From positions 5,128,988-5,192,987 of the forward strand of contig OZ257154.1 of NCBI GenBank assembly GCA_965279325.1: DNA of 64,000 nucleotides. The letters run 5' to 3'. This document shows positions 1-8,631 of the stretch, piece after piece. Position numbers and translations under genes: made by a program. Below the pieces are notes generated by a model. It was not told where the DNA came from. It was given only the letters and a program-made list of their open reading frames with translations, and did not search any database. Every line of letters begins with the position of its first letter. Position 1 is the stretch's first letter. This DNA comes from Burkholderiales bacterium (GTDB taxonomy: Bacteria > Pseudomonadota > Gammaproteobacteria > Burkholderiales > Ga0077523).

Positions 1-761
1 GGCGTGCACAGGAACAGCGCCCACACCAGCGCGTTCGGCTTGAACAGTCCGTACTGCCACCAGACGGCGAAGCCCGCGACGATGAATGCGTAGAGTAGCC
101 GGGCATGGCGATGATTCGGGATCGTCATCGGGTCCGAGATCATGAAGAACGCGAACAGGAGCAGCGCGCCGTTGCCGAGCTGATGCGCGAACACCCACGG
201 GTTCTGGCCGAGCAGCAGCACGCGGGCGAGCACCAGGCCGAGGAAGCACGCGAGAAACATCCAGCTCACGTCCCAGCGCCGGGCCCTGCCGGTGACCACG
301 CCTCCGAGCATCACGAACCACGCTGCGGCCACGAGATCGTGTCCCCACTGACCCGGCGAGATCCAGGTGCCGGGCAGCAACAGGAGGGCGGCCATGACGC
401 CGAGGTTGGCCGGGTTGTAGACGTGCTTGCCGTTCACCCGGAGCACGAACTTCGAACCGACGGCGATGAACGCGGCGAGCGGGTGCACCCACAGCGTGTC
501 CGCGCGCAGCAGGATGGACAGGCCGAAGCACGTGACGACCGCGCTGAGGTAGCTGCCGTTGGGGATGCGCAGCAGGCGCAGCGCCAATGCCTGGGTCGCG
601 AGCCCTGCTGCAAAGGTGAGCGCCATCTGCTCGCCGCGCAAGGTGAAGTCGCGCGCGAGCACGCCCATCGAAAGCAGCGAGGCGAGGAACAGGATCTGGA
701 AGACCCGGGCGTCGCGGGGCAGGGCGGTGCGCAGCGCGGCGAGGCTCGCCCCCGCGGTCAC
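1..761 (-). CDS. RnfD/NqrB-like membrane protein (runs off left edge; not in ORF track)
   Basis: Manual translation from GTG at 761, which overlaps the upstream TGA: MTAGASL...SKFVLRVNGKHVYNPANLG...FAFFMISDPMTIP. Hydrophobic, with NPA and DPxTxP motifs of the NQR2/RnfD family. Confidence 0.75.
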   Translation of the reverse strand, partial: MTAGASLAALRTALPRDARVFQILFLASLLSMGVLARDFTLRGEQMALTFAAGLATQALALRLLRIPNGSYLSAVVTCFGLSILLRADTLWVHPLAAFIAVGSKFVLRVNGKHVYNPANLGVMAALLLLPGTWISPGQWGHDLVAAAWFVMLGGVVTGRARRWDVSWMFLACFLGLVLARVLLLGQNPWVFAHQLGNGALLLFAFFMISDPMTIPNHRHARLLYAFIVAGFAVWWQYGLFKPNALVWALFLCT

Positions 762-2068
762 TTCCACAACCGCTCCCACCACTTGACCTCGGCCGGCGCA
801 GGCATCCCCATGCGCTTGCGGATTGCGCCGATCTCCCAGCCGGTCAGAGACGCTAGCGTGGTCGCTTCCAGTTGCTGACGCTTGCGCACGGCTTCGCGAT
901 ACTGCGCAGCTTCCGGGCAAGCTTTGTCGTCGCCTTGCCAGGGATGGCGCAGCACGTAGCGGGTCTGGAAGTTCTCGCGATCGCCGGTTTCCTGGAACAT
1001 CAGGTCCTCGGGAAAGGTGGCGGGCGTGTAGCGCACGTGCAGTCGCGTGAGCATGACCTTCGATGCACCGCCGCGGCCGTCCTCGCGATCGAGCCAGAAC
1101 ACGCCGCTCTTGCGCAGCTCGTCGGGCGAGAGCGGATCGCCGGCGCACGGGTCGCACCAGCTCATGTCCCAGAAGTATTCGGTGAACACGACGCGATGGT
1201 TCTCCCGCTTGGCCTGCTCGTCGAACAGCGCCTTGTAGAAGCGGTTGAACTCGCCGCGCACGAAGATCGGTACGTCCATGTTCGCCGGCAATTTCACGGT
1301 GCGGTAGTTGGTGGCTTCGACCCGTCCGGTCTTCGTGAGCACGAAGGCGATGAGGTCCTGCGGGCCGCGCGCGTTCACCATGCCCAGCCGTAGGGGCAGC
1401 ATGAACTTCTCGCTCTCGAAGGCGAACTGCAGCGGGCGCAGGAAGGTGAGGCCGGTCTTCGCCTGCTCCTTCAGGTTCACCTTGGCGACGAAGAACTTCA
1501 TGTCCTGGCGGATGTAGGGCTTGAGCGCGCGCGACGCCCCGGCCGGGACGCGATAGCCGTTCTCCACCAGCCACGTCTCGAGGCCGTCGGACTGCTTGGC
1601 CGACAGGATCACGATGTCGTACTCGCCGACGGTATAGCTCGCTTCCACGGTGACGCCGAGGGCGCGCGCGTAGGCGGCCTGATCGCGCTGCGCCATGGAA
1701 GCAGGCGCCATCTGTTTCTGGAACATCATTTCGAGTTCACGCCGCTCGCACGGATTGTCGTCGTGATACTCGGCCAGGCGCGGCGCGCTGAAGCCGTCGA
1801 TGCGGTCGAAGATGCGGCGGTCGCCGACGTTGATCTGGCCGCGTTGCAGCACCTCCGGCACCGGGACGACCAGCGCGAATTCGTCGAGCTCGCCCTTGTA
1901 GTCATTGAGCATGCTGATCACGGTGCGGTGGCCGTCGCGGACCAGGATCACCTGGGACGCTTCGTTGAACAGGCCGGCGTCGGCCTTGCCGACGTAGAAG
2001 CCGCAGAATGCCTGGGCCTGGGAGGCGCAGGCGAGCAATGCGGCGGCGAGACAGCGGGCGAAACCCAT
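758..2068 (-). CDS. DUF2330 domain exported protein
   Basis: Signal peptide then AFCGFYV...; MLPLRLG and TRLHVRY motifs; GAGGAG RBS before ATG 2068. Confidence 0.85.
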   Translation of the reverse strand: MGFARCLAAALLACASQAQAFCGFYVGKADAGLFNEASQVILVRDGHRTVISMLNDYKGELDEFALVVPVPEVLQRGQINVGDRRIFDRIDGFSAPRLAEYHDDNPCERRELEMMFQKQMAPASMAQRDQAAYARALGVTVEASYTVGEYDIVILSAKQSDGLETWLVENGYRVPAGASRALKPYIRQDMKFFVAKVNLKEQAKTGLTFLRPLQFAFESEKFMLPLRLGMVNARGPQDLIAFVLTKTGRVEATNYRTVKLPANMDVPIFVRGEFNRFYKALFDEQAKRENHRVVFTEYFWDMSWCDPCAGDPLSPDELRKSGVFWLDREDGRGGASKVMLTRLHVRYTPATFPEDLMFQETGDRENFQTRYVLRHPWQGDDKACPEAAQYREAVRKRQQLEATTLASLTGWEIGAIRKRMGMPAPAEVKWWERLWK

Positions 2069-2140
2069 GACATGCTCCTCGTAGTGGCGGGGACTGGAGC
2101 GTGTAACGGGCGTCGGCGCGAAACGGGGTTGAAGCGCGCT

Positions 2141-2167
2141 GAACTCGATGCCAGCCATCCAGTCGAA
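2141..2167 (+). promoter_or_regulatory. Possible sigmaE-type promoter
   Basis: GAACTC-N16-TCGAA about 40 nt upstream of the envelope gene at 2206. Confidence 0.35.
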
Positions 2168-2205
2168 TCGCCAACAACAGGCATCCAATCATTGGAGGAG
2201 CGGCC

Positions 2206-2733
2206 ATGGCGTGGCAATGGAGGGTTCGCGCGGCAGTCCTGCTGATCGCGGCGTGCGGGATTTCCGGTGGTGCGGCTGCGCAGACGAAGCCCTGGGGCAT
2301 TGATCCGGGGAAGTCGACCATGCAGGACGTGCGCAGCAAGATCGGCATGCCGTCGGTCATCAAGTTCAATGCGGCCGGCGAGGAAGTCTGGGAATACAAC
2401 GACAATCCCAACGGCTTCTACGCCTACCGGATCGTGTTCCGCGAGGACAATGTGGTGAAGACCGCGCGGCGCATCCGGAACGACGCGGATCGGGAGCGGG
2501 TGAAGCCGGGGATGACCTCGCAGGAACTGGTCGAGATCATGGGCGAGCCGAGCCTCATCTACTTCATCCGCGGCAACCTGTACTGGGAATGGCGGTTGCA
2601 CTACTTCGGCAATCAGCGGCATCGGCTGGTCGCCGAGTTCGATCCCGAGTACCGCCTGAAGGGCACGGCACTGGTCGGGGCGCAGTACCGCGGCAGCGGG
2701 GGGACGGCGGGGTATGGGGGGGTGACACCATGA
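2206..2733 (+). CDS. Exported protein with two SmpA/OmlA (BamE-like) modules
   Basis: GGAGGAG RBS; signal peptide; modules PGKSTMQDVRSKIGMP...WEY and PGMTSQELVEIMGEP...WEW. Confidence 0.65.
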   Translation: MAWQWRVRAAVLLIAACGISGGAAAQTKPWGIDPGKSTMQDVRSKIGMPSVIKFNAAGEEVWEYNDNPNGFYAYRIVFREDNVVKTARRIRNDADRERVKPGMTSQELVEIMGEPSLIYFIRGNLYWEWRLHYFGNQRHRLVAEFDPEYRLKGTALVGAQYRGSGGTAGYGGVTP

Positions 2734-2759
2734 GCCACCCGGCGAGGGAATCGCTGGAG

Positions 2760-2877
2760 CGCGGAGGAGGGGCCCCACACAGTGGGGATCCGACCGCGGA
2801 AGCGATTGTCGGGGCGGCGATCCCCTTTGCGTCGGGACGCGGGTCGCATCCCCCAAGGGGGCCCCTGCTCTGCCGCG
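2760..2877. repeat. Long imperfect inverted repeat (REP-like doublet)
   Basis: CGCGG..AGGGGCCCC..GGGGATCCGACCGCG pairs with CGCGGGTCGCATCCCC..GGGGCCCCT..CCGCG. Confidence 0.5.
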
Positions 2878-2980
2878 TTCGCCGCCCCGCCCGAAGGGTG
2901 GGGATCGACGGCCAGGCGAATGGTGTCGGCCGCCGACGCGGCAGTGACAAACATTCCGGCGTTCGGTCGGAGGCGGCGCC

Positions 2981-3451
2981 ATGAACTCTCAGCGAGCCAT
3001 CACTGCTCTGTTGGTGCTCAGTTTGATAGCGCTCGCCGGCTGCGCCTCACGACCCACCGGCGAAGCCGCGATCTACGGCAAGTCGCCCACCGGCACCACC
3101 ATGCAGGAGGTACGCAACCAGACCGGCCTGCCCAACGCCATGCGGTTCCTCGACACGGGCGAGGATGTCTGGGAATTCAACGACCGGCGCGTGGGCTGGG
3201 GTGCGTGGCGAGTCGTGTTCGAACGCGACGGCAAGGTGCGCGAAATCGTACCTATCCGCCGGCCGGAGGACATTGCCCGGGTGAAGGCCGGTGGGGCCTC
3301 GGCGCCGGAGGTGCTGGAGTTGCTGGGTGAGCCGAGTGGCGTGTCGTTCGCGGGGCAGGACGCAGTTTGGGAGTATTGCCTGCCGGACCGCTCCCGGTTG
3401 AAGGTGCGCTTCGGGCCAGGGAAGAAGGTGCTGGCGGCGGAAGCTGTCTGA
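2981..3451 (+). CDS. Lipoprotein with two SmpA/OmlA (BamE-like) modules, paralog of 2206..2733
   Basis: Lipobox LAGC; TTMQEVRNQTGLP...WEF and SAPEVLELLGEP...WEY; GGAGG RBS. Confidence 0.65.
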   Translation: MNSQRAITALLVLSLIALAGCASRPTGEAAIYGKSPTGTTMQEVRNQTGLPNAMRFLDTGEDVWEFNDRRVGWGAWRVVFERDGKVREIVPIRRPEDIARVKAGGASAPEVLELLGEPSGVSFAGQDAVWEYCLPDRSRLKVRFGPGKKVLAAEAV

Positions 3452-3462
3452 ACTTCAGCGTT

Positions 3463-3556
3463 GCCCCCTTCCCGGCCTTCCCCCACGACTGCGTCGCGGG
3501 GGAAGGGGTGTACATCCCCTCCCCCGGCTTTGCCGGGGGAGGGCTAGGGTGGGGGC
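3463..3556. repeat. REP-like palindrome cluster 1
   Basis: Two inverted units of the form GCCCCC..CCYTCCCCC-loop-GGGGGARGG. Confidence 0.7.
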
Positions 3557-3610
3557 GAGGGCTAATGCCCTGATTTAATGGGATGAGTAAAAAAACATCC
3601 TCCCCATCCC

Positions 3611-3637
3611 TCAAGTTCCCGCCCTGCCCGACGTAAA
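3611..3637 (+). promoter_or_regulatory. sigma28 (FliA)-like promoter
   Basis: TCAAG-N14-GACGTAAA, the same geometry as the MCP promoter at 37381..37408. Confidence 0.5.
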
Positions 3638-3643
3638 CAGGGG

Positions 3644-3708
3644 CAGGTCTCCTCCCCCGCCAGGGGGTTCTACAGGGCAACCCTTCCTTAGGTTGCCCTC
3701 ATTTTTTT
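3644..3708 (+). ncRNA. Candidate small RNA with anti-SD motif (resembles betaproteobacterial CU-rich toxic sRNAs)
   Basis: GTCTCCTCC near the 5' end, CCCCC/GGGGG hairpin, then intrinsic terminator AGGGCAACC-cttcctta-GGTTGCCCT followed by T7; no plausible ORF. Confidence 0.55.
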
Positions 3709-3721
3709 GTGCGCCGGAAAG

Positions 3722-4567
3722 CTACTGCAGCGTCCGGTCGGCGACCGTGATCCGGTGCAGCAGGCGCCGATGGCCTTCGTAGCCGCCAGTGGCGGCGTGG
3801 ATCAGGCAGCGGTTGTCCCACAGGATCAGCATGCCTTCCGACCACCGGTGCCGATAGACGTAGTCCGGCTTCGCCTGGTGCGCGAACACTTCCCGCAGGA
3901 CCTGGTGGGCCTCGTCATCGGGCATGCCGGCGATACCGATGGTGTAGCCGGGGCTCGCGAACAGGGCCCGGCGCCCGGTCTCGGTATGCGCGCGGGCGAT
4001 GGGGTGCAACTGGGTCTTCATGGCCGAGTCGCCGTACTTGATCGCCATCGAGCGGCCCTTGTCGCGTTCGCCGTACATGCCTTCGCGCGAATAGCCGCGG
4101 CGCGCGGAATGGATTCCCGAGCGGCCCTCCAGTATCGTCTTCAAGGAGGCGGGCAGGCTATCCCAAGCCGCATATTGATTGGCGAACAGGGTGTCGCCGC
4201 CCGCGGGCGGAATGACGTTGCCGTAGAGCACGGTGCCGGCCGGCGGCCGCGGCAGGAAGCTCCAGTCCGAATGCCAGGTTTCCGCGAAGATCGGTGTCTT
4301 CTCGTCGGCCTCGCGCTTGACCTGCACCACGTGCGGATGGCCGGGGATCGCTTCGATGAAGGGGTCTTCGCCGTAGGGGCCGAGGTAGTGCGCGAAGCGC
4401 TCGATATCGGTCACGGACAGGTCCTGGTCCGGAAAAGCGATCACCTGGTTCTCCAGCCAGATGGCGCGGATCTCGGCGACCTGCTCGGGCGTGATGGGAT
4501 CCGACAGATCGACCCCCCGCACCAGAGCGCCGCACGGTGCCTCCTGACGGCTGACTTCGATCCCCAT
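3722..4567 (-). CDS. TauD/TfdA Fe(II)/2-oxoglutarate dioxygenase
   Basis: WHSD, WDNR..H and terminal LHR motifs. Confidence 0.9.
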   Translation of the reverse strand: MGIEVSRQEAPCGALVRGVDLSDPITPEQVAEIRAIWLENQVIAFPDQDLSVTDIERFAHYLGPYGEDPFIEAIPGHPHVVQVKREADEKTPIFAETWHSDWSFLPRPPAGTVLYGNVIPPAGGDTLFANQYAAWDSLPASLKTILEGRSGIHSARRGYSREGMYGERDKGRSMAIKYGDSAMKTQLHPIARAHTETGRRALFASPGYTIGIAGMPDDEAHQVLREVFAHQAKPDYVYRHRWSEGMLILWDNRCLIHAATGGYEGHRRLLHRITVADRTLQ

Positions 4568-4671
4568 GACGATCCTCCCGTTTATCTTTTTTTGGAGATC
4601 CGATTATGCACGCGCGCGCCGAGCGCTATCCGGGCGGTACCATTGCCGGATTTACCGAAGAGGATTCATGA

Positions 4672-5637
4672 ATGGCCGGTGGTAGCCTGCTCACGCTGCT
4701 CGACGACATCGCGAGCGTACTCGACGACGTGTCGGTGCTGACGCAGACGGCGGCCAAGAAGACGGCGGGCGTGCTCGGCGACGACCTCGCGCTCAACGCG
4801 CAGCAGGTGACCGGCTTGAAGGCCGATCGCGAACTGCCGGTGGTCTGGGCGGTGGCGAAAGGCTCGATCGTCAACAAGCTGATCCTGGTGCCGTCCGCAC
4901 TGGCGATCAGCGCATTCGCCCCGTGGGCGGTGACACCGCTGTTGATGATCGGCGGTGCTTTTCTCTGCTACGAAGGCTTCGAGAAGATCGCGCACAAGCT
5001 GCTGCACGCGGGCGAGGCGAAGGAGGAGGCCGCCCATCGTGCCGAATTGGTACGAGGGCTCGCGGATCCGACGGTCGACCTCGTCGCGCTGGAGAAGTCC
5101 AAGATCAAGGGCGCCATCCGGACCGACTTCATTCTCTCGGCGGAGATCGTCGCGATCACGCTCGGCACCGTCGCGGAAGCGGCGTTCACCACGCAGGTCG
5201 CCGTGCTGTCGGGCATCGCCGCCATCATGACGATCGGCGTCTACGGCCTGGTGGCGGGCATCGTGAAGCTCGACGATGCGGGGCTCTATCTCAGCCGCAA
5301 GCCGGGCGAAGGCGGATTCGCCGGCGTTCAGCGCGCCATCGGCAGAGGCATCCTGCGCCTGGCGCCGTACCTGATGAAGTTCCTGTCGATCGCAGGGACG
5401 GCAGCCATGTTCCTGGTCGGTGGCGGCATCCTCACGCACGGCATCCCCGTCGTGCATCACTGGATCGAAAGTGCGGCCCAGGCAGCAGGCGGCGTGTCCG
5501 CCATCGGCGGGGTGTTGCAGGTGATCACGCCGATCGCGCTCAACGGTATTGCCGGCATCGTCGCCGGTGCGATCTGTGTCGCGGTCGTCACCCTCGTGCG
5601 AAAGGTCTGGCCTGCGCGGCGAAAGGAATCGGCTTAG
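4672..5637 (+). CDS. DUF808 (YedI-like) inner membrane protein
   Basis: [17 protein letters not shown] and [12 protein letters not shown] motifs. Confidence 0.9.
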   Translation: MAGGSLLTLLDDIASVLDDVSVLTQTAAKKTAGVLGDDLALNAQQVTGLKADRELPVVWAVAKGSIVNKLILVPSALAISAFAPWAVTPLLMIGGAFLCYEGFEKIAHKLLHAGEAKEEAAHRAELVRGLADPTVDLVALEKSKIKGAIRTDFILSAEIVAITLGTVAEAAFTTQVAVLSGIAAIMTIGVYGLVAGIVKLDDAGLYLSRKPGEGGFAGVQRAIGRGILRLAPYLMKFLSIAGTAAMFLVGGGILTHGIPVVHHWIESAAQAAGGVSAIGGVLQVITPIALNGIAGIVAGAICVAVVTLVRKVWPARRKESA

Positions 5638-6047
5638 CCGTTTGACGCGTCTCGCTCGTCGAGCAGCGCCTGTGCCCGCTTGAACGCCGTGTTCGCCGCC
5701 GGTACGCCGCAATAGATCGCCGCCTGAAGGAGGACCTCCTTCAGCGTTTCGACCGGAACGCCATGCTCCAGCGCCGCGCGGAAATGCAGCTCGAACTCCT
5801 CCCATTTCCCCAGCGCGAGGGTGAACGCGATAACCAGCAGCCGCCGCGTCTGCGTGTCGAGTCCGGGGCGATTCCAGATGTCGTCCCATGCGTAACGTGT
5901 GATGAGCGACTGAAAGTCCCGCGTGAAATCGGTGGCCCTGGCCAGCGATCGGTCCACGTATTCCGGGCCCAGTACTTCGCGGCGGCGGGTGAGACCGCGA
6001 TCGAAGGCATCGCGGGCTTCGCCATCGGGCTTTCCGGAATCAGCCAT
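5634..6047 (-). CDS. pcaC: 4-carboxymuconolactone decarboxylase
   Basis: RRREVLG...ITRYAW...[10 protein letters not shown]; follows pcaB. Confidence 0.9.
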   Translation of the reverse strand: MADSGKPDGEARDAFDRGLTRRREVLGPEYVDRSLARATDFTRDFQSLITRYAWDDIWNRPGLDTQTRRLLVIAFTLALGKWEEFELHFRAALEHGVPVETLKEVLLQAAIYCGVPAANTAFKRAQALLDERDASNG

Positions 6048-7410
6048 CGGTGTTCTCCACGGGGCGGACGGACTGCAGGGTCGGTCCGACCAAGGTGGCC
6101 GATGCCTTCGCTGCGCGATTGACATCGAATTGCGATTCGAGGTCTCCGACGGTGCATGTGGCGAGTCGCGGGTCGTCTCGAACTCGGTCGAGCGCCAGAT
6201 CGCGCAGGTGCTTCCGCTCGCTCGTAGCACGGCGGCAAAGTTCAGCTACGAGCGTCTGCGCTTCGGCCTTGCCGAGCGCCGGAATGAACACCTCGACCAA
6301 CCGCTCGGCGAAGATCACGCCGCGCAGCGATTCGATGTTGGTGCGGCAACGATCGACGTCGACGGTAAGGCCTGTCAGCAACTCCGCGAGTGCACGGGCA
6401 GCGCTGACGGCGTGAATGAACACGCCCGGCCACTGCGCCAGTTCCGCCTGCCACGTTCCCAGCGCGCGCTCGTGTTCCTGTGGCATCGCCGAGAGCAGGT
6501 TCGCGACCATGCCCGGGATCGAATGGACCGCGGCGATCACGCGCATCGTCAGCACGGGATTGCGCTTGTGCGGCATGACCGTGGAACCGCCACGGCCTGG
6601 CACTTCGGCCTCCGCGACTTCCCCGACTTCCGCCTGTGCCATCAACGCAATGTCGTGCGCGATCTTGCCCATGACACCGGCCGCGAGCGCGGCGTTGGTT
6701 GCAAGCCCTAGCCAGACTTCGCGTCGCGTGTGCCAGGGCGCGCCGGGATCTCGCAGGCCCAGTTGCTGCGCGAGGTGTGCACGTACCGGCGCGCCTGCAT
6801 CGCCCTGGGCAGCGAGGTTGCCGATGGCGCCGCCGAAGGACACGGCCAGAGCCTGCTTCGCGGAAGCACGGACGACGGCGAGGCTGTGTGCGAGCGACGA
6901 GGCCCACAGCGCGGCCTTGTAGCCGAAGGTCGTGATGCCGGCAGGCTGAAGCAGCGTACGCGCCAGCATCGGTGTCTCGGCATGCTGCGTGGCCAGGTTT
7001 CGCGCGGCTTCGGCGGCCTGCCCGAGCGCGTCGACCAGCATCGCAACGGCGTCCCGTGTGCACAGGACCATGGCGGTGTCGAGCACGTCCTGGCTCGTGG
7101 CGCCGAAGTGCAAGTGGCTTGCGGCTGAAGGATCGCGCGAAGCGACGTGCGCGATCAGCGCCTTCACGAACGGAATCGCGAGCGAACCGGCGTGCGCGCC
7201 ATCGCGCAGGAGTTGGTCCGCGTCGAGTGAGAACGTCGCGGCATGCTTGTCGATCGCAACGGCCGCATCGGCAGGAATCACGCTCGCGTGGGCTTGCGAT
7301 CGTGCCAACGCGATCTCGAATCGCACCATTGCCGCGATGAGCGCGGTATCCGAGAACGCCGCTTCGGCGGCGGGCTCCGCGAGGATGCGTTCGAACAGGG
7401 TGCCGCTCAC
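6040..7410 (-). CDS. pcaB: 3-carboxy-cis,cis-muconate cycloisomerase
   Basis: HFGATSQD, STVMPHKRNP and EHER motifs; GTG start overlaps the pcaG stop. Confidence 0.9.
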   Translation of the reverse strand: MSGTLFERILAEPAAEAAFSDTALIAAMVRFEIALARSQAHASVIPADAAVAIDKHAATFSLDADQLLRDGAHAGSLAIPFVKALIAHVASRDPSAASHLHFGATSQDVLDTAMVLCTRDAVAMLVDALGQAAEAARNLATQHAETPMLARTLLQPAGITTFGYKAALWASSLAHSLAVVRASAKQALAVSFGGAIGNLAAQGDAGAPVRAHLAQQLGLRDPGAPWHTRREVWLGLATNAALAAGVMGKIAHDIALMAQAEVGEVAEAEVPGRGGSTVMPHKRNPVLTMRVIAAVHSIPGMVANLLSAMPQEHERALGTWQAELAQWPGVFIHAVSAARALAELLTGLTVDVDRCRTNIESLRGVIFAERLVEVFIPALGKAEAQTLVAELCRRATSERKHLRDLALDRVRDDPRLATCTVGDLESQFDVNRAAKASATLVGPTLQSVRPVENTDG

Positions 7411-7916
7411 AGGTCGAAGAACACGGTCTCGCCGGCGCCGCGCAGGCGGATGTCCCATTCGAACGCGTCCGGGTCCGACTCAGAACGAATCGCGATCAGG
7501 GTGGCGCGCCGATCCGCGGGCACGTTCGGCGGAACCGTCGTGCGAGCTGCGTCGCCGCCGGCACCCAGATGCACGCGCGTGAAAAGGTGGCGTTGCAGCC
7601 CACGGCTGAACACCGTCACGTTCGCTGCGACCTGCATCGTGCCCGGCGCGGGCACTCGAAACGAGAAACGACCCTCTTGGTCCGTCGCCACGCGCTGAAA
7701 GCTCGCGTGCTGCTGGCCTGCGCTCGCGGCAGGCGTCGCCGAGGGCTGCCAGATCTCGAGCAGCGCGTCGCTCACAGCTTTGCCGTCGACGTCGAGCACG
7801 CGGCCGGCGACGCGCACTGTGCCGGGGACGAGTGGGCGATCGACGGGATCGATCGCCCATGTCAGGCCCTCGATGAAGAAGGGGCCGATGGTCTGGGAGG
7901 GGGTGAGTCCGGCCAT
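7407..7916 (-). CDS. pcaG: Protocatechuate 3,4-dioxygenase alpha subunit
   Basis: TPSQTIGPF, DALLEIWQ and ETVFFDL motifs. Confidence 0.88.
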   Translation of the reverse strand: MAGLTPSQTIGPFFIEGLTWAIDPVDRPLVPGTVRVAGRVLDVDGKAVSDALLEIWQPSATPAASAGQQHASFQRVATDQEGRFSFRVPAPGTMQVAANVTVFSRGLQRHLFTRVHLGAGGDAARTTVPPNVPADRRATLIAIRSESDPDAFEWDIRLRGAGETVFFDL

Positions 7917-7930
7917 GTTCGGCGCTCAGG

Positions 7931-8623
7931 TCAGTGATCGAGCGGCGTGGCGTCACGGCCGCGCAGCACGATGTCGAAGTGGAAGCCGAGCGCGATGCCT
8001 TCGATCGTCAGGTCGAGGTCGAAGGCCGACACCAGTCGCTCGCGCGTGCGCTCGGGAACGCTCTGGTAGATGGGATCGAGGGGGAGCAGGGGGTCGCCGG
8101 GAAAATACATCTGCGTCACCAGCCGCTGCGCATACGCGTTGCCGAACAGCGAGAAGTGGATGTGCGCGGGGCGCCAGGCGTTGGCGTGGTTGCGCCACGG
8201 ATAGGCACCGGGCCGGATGGTGACGAAGTGATAGAAGCCGTCGCCATCCGTGAGCGCCTTGCCGAAACCGTGGAAGTGCGGATCGAGCGGCGCGTCGTGC
8301 TGGTCCTTCGCGTGGTGATAGCGGCCGGCGGCGTTGCACTGCCAGATCTCCACCAGCGAGTCCCGCACCGGCTTGCCGTCCTCGTCGATGACGCGCCCCG
8401 ACACCACGATGCGCTGGCCGAGCGGTTCGGCCGAGGACTGCCGGGTGAGGTCGGCATCGTGGGGCAGCAGGATCGAACGGGGAAACGTCGCGACCGAGAG
8501 TTCGTCCGGCCGCTGGGCGAGCGGCAGCAGGGGCTGCGATGGCGCGCGCTCGCGCGTGCTCCGGTATTCGGGCGACAGGTATTCCGGATGGGTACCTGGC
8601 GGAGTGGGTCTCAAGCGGAACAC
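7931..8623 (-). CDS. pcaH: Protocatechuate 3,4-dioxygenase beta subunit
   Basis: EIWQCNAAGRYHH, PGAYPW and WRPAHIHFS, so the Tyr/Tyr/His/His iron ligands are intact; GTG start. Confidence 0.93.
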   Translation of the reverse strand: MFRLRPTPPGTHPEYLSPEYRSTRERAPSQPLLPLAQRPDELSVATFPRSILLPHDADLTRQSSAEPLGQRIVVSGRVIDEDGKPVRDSLVEIWQCNAAGRYHHAKDQHDAPLDPHFHGFGKALTDGDGFYHFVTIRPGAYPWRNHANAWRPAHIHFSLFGNAYAQRLVTQMYFPGDPLLPLDPIYQSVPERTRERLVSAFDLDLTIEGIALGFHFDIVLRGRDATPLDH

Positions 8624-8631
8624 GGTGCCCC

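Noticed and set aside
7407-7916. pcaG as a truncated pseudogene (169 aa)
   Set aside because: Both termini are conserved, the frame is open and it is coupled to pcaB; the alpha subunit is non-catalytic.
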